A stretch of DNA of 56,987 nt, filler included, from Sphacelaria rigidula (lineage: Eukaryota), in assembly GCA_964200075.2 (NCBI GenBank). It is 7 parts of 7 records of this genome, joined end to end, with 100 filler letters (N's around TTAATTAATTAA, not from the genome) between each part and the next. Parts side by side here need not be neighbours in the genome. Positions count along the whole stretch, not along the records: positions 48,933 to 56,987 come from CAXNAA020012477.1; 6 more parts are not named here. One strand, given 5' to 3'. A model generated the notes under the pieces. It was not told where the DNA came from. It did no database searches and saw only the letters and a list, made by a program, of their open reading frames with translations. This document shows positions 49,450 through 56,987 of this stretch, one piece after another. Position 1 is the stretch's first letter, and each line of letters opens with the position of its first letter. Both the position numbers and the translations under genes were made by a program.

Positions 49450-51843
49450 TTATAGCGTGGTATCCCATGCCACAGTCTGTATCGGCTGGATAACCAGTTC
49501 CAACCGCCGTCTCCGCTGCAGGGAGGCGGGCCATGGGATTCCATTGATCGGGCGGTTGCTTTCGCGCCTAAAAGCCAACTGCTGCAGCGAGGCAGGCCAT
49601 GTCACACACTCGATTGGCTGCTTGAATTCTTGTCCAAACGTCAACCGCTGCAGCGAGGCAGGCCATGTCACACACTCGATCGGCTGGTTGAACTTGCCAC
49701 CGAACGTCAACTGCTGCAGCGAGGCAGGCCATGCCACCCGCTCGATCGGCTGGTTAAACTTGTGATCGAACGCCAATTGCTGCAGCGAGACAGGCCACGC
49801 CACACGGTCGATCGGCTGGTCGAACATGCAGCGGAACGTCAATTGCTGCAGCGAGGCAGGCCATGCCACACCCTCGATTGGCTGGTTGAATTCTTGTCCA
49901 AACATCAACCGTTGCAGCGAGGCAGGCCATATCACACCCTCGATCGGCTGGTTGAATTCGTGTCCCAACCATAACCGCTGCAGCGCCGAAGGCCATACCA
50001 CACGGTTGATCGGCTGGTCAAACATGCCGTCGAATGTTAACTGCTGCAAAGAGGCAGACCATGTCACACGGTCAATCGGCTGATTAAACCTCCTTCCAAA
50101 CCTCAACTGCTGTAGCGAGGTAGGCCATGTCACACGGTCGATCGGCTGGTCGAACTTACCGTTGAACGCCAACTGCTGCAGCGAGGTAGGCCATGTCACA
50201 CGGTCGATCGGCTGATTGAAGTCAAACCCAAAAGTCAACCGCTGCAGCGAGGCCGGCCATGCCACACGCTCGATCGGCTGATTGAATTTATCTCCAAAAG
50301 TCAACCGCTGCAGCGAGGCCGGCCATGCCACACGCTCGATCGGCTGGTTAAACGTAACGTCGACCGTGAACTGCTGCAGCGAGGTAGGCCATGTCACACG
50401 GTCGATTGGCTGATCGAAGTCCAACCCGAACGTCAACTGATGCAGCGAGGCCGGCCATGCCACACCCTCGATCGGCTGGTTGAACCTAGGTCCAAAACTC
50501 AACACTCGCAGCGAAGCAGGCCATGCCACACGGTCGATGGGCTGGTTGAACTGCTGCTCGAAAGGTGAGGCGAATTCCAAGTGCTGTAGCGAGGCGGGCC
50601 ATGATATCCACTCGATCGACTGGTTGAATTGAACGCTGAACGTCAACCGCTGCAACGAGGCAGGCCATGCCACGTGCTTGACCGGATGGTTGAAGTTTCG
50701 TCCGAAAGTCAAGTGCTGCAGCAAGGGAGGCCATGCCACACCCTCGATCGGCTGATTGAATTTATCTCCAACAGTCAACCGCTGCAGCGAGGCAGGCCAT
50801 GCCATACGCTCGACCGGCTGGTTGAATTCATCTCCAAAAGTCAACCGCTGCAGCGAGGCAGGCCACACCACACGCTCGATCGGCTGATTGAATTCACCTC
50901 CAAACATCAACTGCTGCAGAGAGGCGGGCCATGCCACACCCTCGATGGGCTGATTGAATTCACCTCCGAACATTAACTGCTGCAGCAAGGCGGGCCATGC
51001 CACAATCCCAATCGACCGGTTGGACTCCCCCTCAAAGGTCAACTGCTGAAGCGAGGCAGGCCATGCCACACGCTCGATCGGCTGGTTGAACTTACCACCG
51101 AACGTCAACTTCTGCAGAGAGGAAGGCCACGCCACACTCTCGATTGGCTGGTTAAATTTACTGCCAAAAGTCAACTTCTGCAGAGAGGAAGGCCACGCTA
51201 CACCCTCGATTGGCTGGTTAAATTCACTTCCAAGCAGTAACTGCTGCAAACGATCAGGCCAGGCGACATTCTCGATCGGCTGATTGAACTTGCTTCGTCC
51301 GAACTCACCACCGCCAAAACAAACACGCCCAAGTCGGGTTGGCCATACCGTATGATCAAGAGTGGCGTTGAATTCGCTATCAAATTGCATTCCTTGCACA
51401 CCATCCAAAACCTTGGTCTCCCGAGACATGAGCTCAATGTCCGCACGCGCTGTCCACACGACCTCGCGTGCCCGCAGCAAAGGCACCCTTGTCATAACAG
51501 GGCTGCTATTCATCGGAGTCGATGACTGCTCGGCACGGGACGCCCACAACCTTCGCGGTGTATACTTGCTAATTGCCACGCGGAGGGTGCTGATGCTGCG
51601 GCAAGCCACGCAAAACTCCAGTGATGCCAGCTGTAGGTGCTTGGTGGGCAGGTACGACCCTCGCTCCGACGAAGCTCTGTTAAGCGCGATTGATAATGCA
51701 GCTAGGCCCAGGTTGTTGCCTGTATCAAGAGCGTAAAAAAGAGGATAAACATGATAGTGCGTCAGTACCGCCGTGAACGATACTCGGGCTCGTGCCAATA
51801 TTTTTCTCGGACGAAATGGATAAAGACCAACAGGGTCATACAA
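49450..51843 (-). CDS. FNIP-repeat (LRR-like) protein, 797 aa, single ORF, about 28-29 units of 22 aa
   Basis: Uninterrupted ORF. Consensus FNQPIExVAWPASLQxLTFGxx repeats with a 66-bp period after a ~150-aa unique N-terminus. Confidence 0.93.
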   Translation of the reverse strand: MYDPVGLYPFRPRKILARARVSFTAVLTHYHVYPLFYALDTGNNLGLAALSIALNRASSERGSYLPTKHLQLASLEFCVACRSISTLRVAISKYTPRRLWASRAEQSSTPMNSSPVMTRVPLLRAREVVWTARADIELMSRETKVLDGVQGMQFDSEFNATLDHTVWPTRLGRVCFGGGEFGRSKFNQPIENVAWPDRLQQLLLGSEFNQPIEGVAWPSSLQKLTFGSKFNQPIESVAWPSSLQKLTFGGKFNQPIERVAWPASLQQLTFEGESNRSIGIVAWPALLQQLMFGGEFNQPIEGVAWPASLQQLMFGGEFNQPIERVVWPASLQRLTFGDEFNQPVERMAWPASLQRLTVGDKFNQPIEGVAWPPLLQHLTFGRNFNHPVKHVAWPASLQRLTFSVQFNQSIEWISWPASLQHLEFASPFEQQFNQPIDRVAWPASLRVLSFGPRFNQPIEGVAWPASLHQLTFGLDFDQPIDRVTWPTSLQQFTVDVTFNQPIERVAWPASLQRLTFGDKFNQPIERVAWPASLQRLTFGFDFNQPIDRVTWPTSLQQLAFNGKFDQPIDRVTWPTSLQQLRFGRRFNQPIDRVTWSASLQQLTFDGMFDQPINRVVWPSALQRLWLGHEFNQPIEGVIWPASLQRLMFGQEFNQPIEGVAWPASLQQLTFRCMFDQPIDRVAWPVSLQQLAFDHKFNQPIERVAWPASLQQLTFGGKFNQPIECVTWPASLQRLTFGQEFKQPIECVTWPASLQQLAFRRESNRPINGIPWPASLQRRRRLELVIQPIQTVAWDTTL

Positions 51844-52129
51844 TACTCAATAGACTTGGACTGCAGTCAGGGTGAGGGCTCAACTTCCCAGTCCAGGATG
51901 ACAGGAAGCATGTATCCACCGCCATACGATTAATGCGAAATGAGGGGTGACGAAGTATTGAACTTCCTCATTGAGATCGGTTCTAACTCGCTTGACGCCA
52001 GATTATCGCCGCAGAACTCAAAATGATTTCAGTCTCAGCGATGCGTCAGATTCGCTCTGTTACTCCGTTCTCCATCTACTGTCTCACGCCTCAGCGTCTG
52101 GAGAAGAAGGGGGGGAGGGGGGGGGGGGG

Positions 52130-55100
52130 TACTCATTAGTTGCTTGCCATAGTCGTTTGACCATTGACCACGCATCCCTTCTCTGACAGAGCACCGTTTC
52201 TACTCCTCATGGAGACATCTCCAACATTTGTGTGCTCATGACGTCTCTTGCATACATTACACAAAAACCTTTTACATGTCTTATCCCCGTCCTGTTTCGT
52301 CGCCTGTGGCCATCATCCATCTCCTGGTATAGCCATCGATTTTTCGCTACTGTCTAATGCACCGAGCGATTTCATGCCACCTTCTTTCAAGTCCCGCATT
52401 CTCCCCTCTGGCATGTCCCGTCCCTCCTCCTACAGTTCAAATTTTGAAACTTCATCAGTTTTCCTCTCTATTGCTCTTCGACAGGGCGAATTCTGTGCAT
52501 CTAGCTCCTCCTCTCGACAACTGGTGTATCTCTCCTTTCTGGCAGGTCCAGGTGCTGCCACCCGAATTCGAAACGCCAATTTTTCCACCGCGTTCATGGA
52601 CCATCCAGATATATTTCCATTCTTATTTCCTCTCTCGACAATTCATATATCTTCAGGTGTTCTTCCACGTCTACTTTGCGTATTGTCGTTTCTTGTTCCC
52701 TTATTTTCACCATACCCCATTAAGTCGTGTATCCCCCGCCTTCACCCATAGTCAGTATCTCGTATTGGTTTCCCCACATGCCCTTCCATAGTTTCTCCAC
52801 TACTCCATCCCACCTTATTCCAGCCTGACCGTTCGCCATTTTGTTCCATACAGCCCCATCAACGTTTGTTGGCAACCTCTTTCTATGCATATTCTTTACG
52901 CTGCTATTTCATTTTTTTCATGTCTCTGTTGTGAGTGGGTACATTCCCAACCCTACCCTCAATGCTGCATTACTCCTCGCTTTTGAGCATCCAACCACAT
53001 TCTTAGCTGCCGCCGTCTGTTTTGCTTCCAACTTCTTCACCAGCTTCGGGTTCCCCTCCCATACTTCTCCTGCGTATTCTAGCTTTGATACAGTCACGCT
53101 CACTAGATTACATCTCTTGATTATGCTATCTGGGTGCGGGTCCCTGAGGATCACGTCCAATCCTGCCCATCTGTGCTCTACCCTTTCCCATCACTTGAAT
53201 ATTGTATACATCTCAAGAACAGTTTTCCACATGTCTACTCCAAGGTATGTATACTGGTCTACGATCGGCAGTTATTCTCCCTACTTCCGTTTGAACCCTA
53301 CCGGAGTTCCCTTTCGCTACATATAAGTACAGTGGTAGGCGGTCCAACTATTCAGCGGCGTTTTTGGTTTTTCTTCGCGTACTACTCTTTGATGGAACTC
53401 GAAATTGCTAGCGTCGGTAGATCTTGGTACAAAAAACAGATCACTCTCGAAACACATTGCCCAAGTCAGTGCTAGTTGGTGTTATCGGGTGAAACGAGTT
53501 AATACCCCGTTCAACTGGAGGGTGTTGTTGACCGTGAAAAGCAGTTCTTCGGCTCTAGTGCAATGAGTAGGCAGAATTTCAAAATAATATAACTGTATAT
53601 TTTTTAGAAACACGATCGGGAAAGGCTCGATTGGCCGAAAATACCGAAGAGTAAGAATCTGGGCTGAAACGTCGTAGGACCCCCGACGACCGGTCAGCCC
53701 GTAAGTCACTCAATATTGAGTACAGATGATTTGTTTTCTTCGAAATTGGAGCGGATACAAATATGTTCTTATCTCCATTGTAATAAGCGGTGGCAAGCGA
53801 AAAGAGCCCCAGAAAATCGCCAATTTCGAAGAAATCACAAAATGCCTCGAAATAAGAAGTTATACCGCACACTACTGTTGATTGATTGATTGATTATCTC
53901 ACGTTAGCTAATTGCAACAATCCAGCCCGTGGTCAGGAGCAGCAAAAACTGTACCGCGCATTTGTTCACGTCCGCTGTCATTCTCCATTCCGCAGCGTGT
54001 CCTAGTACCTTCTCTACTTGCTTCTGCATGCGATCCTTCAGGTGTTCCTGATATCCCTACGAAATCATCGCGAACATCAATGCCGATACCCTGTCATCCC
54101 GTTGCTTGACTCCTTGAGCCGCTGCTTCTAATGATGGCTTTCATCGGACCATAATACCTTGAATGAAGTGGGTACTAGCGTACATCCTTGTGCAACTCCT
54201 TGTAAAATATCAATATATTTCGAAACCTCCCCGTCTACCACCATAACACTTTTGGCACCTTCTGTCATCTATTTCGTCACTCTCCACATATTGCTTCTGA
54301 TCCCAGTTTCCCATAACGTTTTCTACAGCTCATTCCTCGGTAATATGTCATATGCCTTTTGTACGTCCAATAGAAACAGTAAACTGTCAGCCCGTCGTAT
54401 TTCCGAGCTGCAATAATTCCACCTAATGTGTATACATGGTCTACGCAACTACGGTCTGGTCTAAAACCTGCTTGCCCCTGGCTCTTTTTTTGTCATATTT
54501 TTCAAGCGTCACGTCATTCCCATTCCATCTTCCAGAGTCTTGAAGAATGGTTTCCCGACGGTACTCAGTGGCGCTCCGTATGGTACTCAAGTCAGTGCAT
54601 TATTCCTCCATACCTCCCTGACTCATCCTTGCCTCCTCTCTTTAAAGCGTTTGCTGCTACTGCTCCTTTACACCTTGTTGGCGTGTGCTCGTTTCCCCAT
54701 ATCAACGAATACAGCACAACCATCATGGTTATCATTCCCTCTCCCCCAAACTTTGAAAACTTATTCACCATTTCATCTGCCCCTACTGCATTTCTGTTGA
54801 GTTTAGCTACACATCCTTCCACTCCATCTCTGGTGAACTCTGCCTGTAAATCTTCGGAGTCCTTACCCTTCCGCTTTGATCTTCTACGGTTGCCTCTGCC
54901 CACGCGCTGATTTCTGCCTCGAATTTCCTGTCTAACTTCTCGTTAGTGTCCATGGTGATTCTCTACTAGCACTCATCTCCTGCCCTTCGAACCCCTAGCC
55001 ATTTTACGCGCCCGTGGTGTGGGTGCCTTCTTGTCCATCTCCACTGTCTGGTTCCCCATTGTCCCTTTTTTCCCTACCCACGTTTGTTTCATCCCGCCAT

Positions 55101-56880
55101 CGAAATCCTCATTCGTCTCATTCACTACATCTTCGTCTACTTCCTTATTTTTCCCCTCTACCATATTCGTTTTTTCCGTTCGAGCCACTGTATACTCCTC
55201 CCATTTTACCGTAGTTTTCCTCGACATTTATCTTGCGTGGGCCTCTCTTCTTACTCGTGAGGTCTTTTGACTTCCTGATCCGGCCATCGTATTGTTCTAA
55301 TGCATAGAATTAGTTTATTTCCTACGACTTTACTCGCTGTGTTCTCGACCAACTCCTCGTATCTTTCCTCTGTCAGAACGAACGAATCAGAGTTCATACG
55401 AGTGGACTCCTCACGATGTGAAAGCAGTCATGCTCTATAAGCTGTTGGTCCCGCTGAGTCGAGAGTGGATAACACATACGCAGCGCAGCTACCTTGCGCG
55501 CATTGCAGCTGTGAGCAAATTACGCATGGTTCAGGGCCCATCGGAAGTGAAGATTCAACCTGTACAACTTGTTGGTCCCGCATTAGCCCGAAGGTGGGAA
55601 AAATATACGGGCGCTCACCTCGACGACTTGGTCAAGCAAGTTGTAAATGACGTTCCCGACTCATGATGGTGAGAGGTGCGTGGCATGTACAATCGATGCA
55701 TATCAATTTGCAGTGCAGGGTTGACTACGTGCCCACTATTTACCCCGGTATTCATGGAAGGTAGGAAGCGGGTACCTCTGGGTTATACTGCACGACGCAC
55801 GAGCTGAGAAGATGTATGGAATACGGATGATGTATGAATAGTGTAATTGAGTCAAGGGAATCATTCAATGAGTTGAATCACGATTTCATTTTTTCGTCCT
55901 AACTGTGCATCTTTCTATAATCTTCGCTCCTGTCCGGTCCATTTCGACATAAACTCTACGTACTCTGTCCAACAGCTCGGAAACTATCACTGCATTTCTT
56001 ACCCTCTTGGAGCCCTTGCTGGCTTTCTTCGATTTCTGGTACATATATTCTCCATTTAAACAACTTCCTACAGTACCTCGTTCATTTCTCCAAGCTCTCA
56101 TATCGTGGCTTTCTGCCCATACGTATAATACATACAAAATATGCAACGACCTGGAGTTCCCACGTCCTCTGGGCATACGTGAACTTACACCACTTACTTC
56201 CATATCATACCGCAAAAATGGTTAAAAGAGGAAAGCGTTCTCTCTCGTCTTTGCATTTCCGAGTCAACTTCCATTGCACACGCTGGGCAATGAATTACAT
56301 TGCCAAAATGTGTACCGCATACAGTACCGACTGTTGCGTCTATCGCAATAGACAATAGATCCCACACTGCACGCAGCATATGTTTTGACGATGTAATGTA
56401 TTATCCGGGGTGTGATATACTGCGCCTCTGGTTTTTGTGCTCTATCGTTCAGCGTCTTGATTCCGTTTTTCTCAAGGAACTCCAGCATTTCTACCACATT
56501 CACTGTCTTCTTCTCATCCCCGTATCACCCAATGATATCATACGGGTGACCTGTATTTCCAACCTGCATGAAACTCCCCCACCAACATTACTTCTCCTTG
56601 CATTTTACTCCTCTGCACGTCTGCTGCTATCTCTCCAAACCTTTGCCGTATATCGTTTACCCTACCCTTCGGTTTTGGGGGGATACAGATGTTTTCTACA
56701 AAGAAGGCCTTTGCTGCCCGCTCTCATGGTAACCTTATCCGTTTGTTCTCGTCGAATCTTGTGCCTTCGATCACTGATACAATATCACAAAGGTATTCTT
56801 TAACTTTGATGAATCCCTTTCTCCCCACTACCAATTTTCGGGGTTCTTTTTCTTCCCTTTTTCCCCTATCCATGACTAAT
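52130..56880 (-). mobile_element. Decayed near-full-length LINE (endonuclease-like region, RT, C-terminal CCHC region), interrupted by nested insertions
   Basis: Minus-strand fragments: VEGCVAKL..AVGADEMVN.F.KFGGEGM, G.YGGI, QAGFRPDRSCVDHVYTL, DVQKAYD, GVAQGCTL.PT.F, SKLEYAGEVW. The 3' unit ends ..TGAGTAC + C run. The endonuclease assignment at 56.3-56.9 kb is weaker. Confidence 0.85.
53330..53877. mobile_element. Internally deleted copy of the mariner-type element at 14448-15470, nested in the LINE
   Basis: TA|CAGTGGTAGGCGGTCCAACTATT start and ..GCACACTACTG end. Both arms align to 14448-14720 and about 15210-15470. Confidence 0.8.
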
Positions 56881-56987
56881 GCCGAGATAACCCCCCCCCC
56901 CCCCCCCCCCCCAGTTTCCGCGGCGGTTGCGGCACCTGCCAAAAAAATGCACCCAGCCCCCAACAAGCCACGACGCAAGCAACCGAC

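Noticed and set aside
49450-51390. 66-bp periodic repeat as a CRISPR-like array
   Set aside because: Units are contiguous in-frame coding repeats without unique spacers, there are no cas genes, and the context is eukaryotic.
49358-51736. Plus-strand repetitive ORFs (CSEAGH.., LQRGRPCH..)
   Set aside because: Antisense shadows of the FNIP ORF.

Overview
This window is not one locus. It is seven unrelated contigs of about 8,055 bp each (1-8056, 8157-16212, 16313-24367, 24468-32522, 32623-40677, 40778-48832, 48933-56987), joined by artificial 100-nt N44-TTAATTAATTAA-N44 linkers. The DNA is eukaryotic, intron-rich and TE-rich. Gene content and style suggest a brown alga or related stramenopile (inference). 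Genes reconstructed by hand from splice sites and motifs: a secreted YHYH-domain protein (5' part), the 3' end of dymeclin, an internal part of an SHPRH-like SNF2/RING ligase (with a likely GC-AG intron), and part of a multi-pass membrane protein. There is also an intact tRNA-His(GUG) and an intronless 797-aa FNIP-repeat protein with about 28-29 22-aa units. The remainder is a decayed Ty3/gypsy element with relatives and solo LTRs, LINE remnants, tRNA-derived SINEs and several MITE families. Most interesting observations: (1) the FNIP array has a fixed scaffold with a hypervariable 2-3 residue slot and mosaic units, suggesting a diversifying recognition protein; (2) a LINE family whose 3' ends always abut oligo-C runs and stack into each other, suggesting C-run targeting or poly(C) tailing; (3) a 189-bp hairpin whose mismatches are mostly G-U wobbles on the minus strand; (4) a MITE family with variable 4-bp TSDs and GACAC termini. 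All homology calls come from motif recognition, not database searches.
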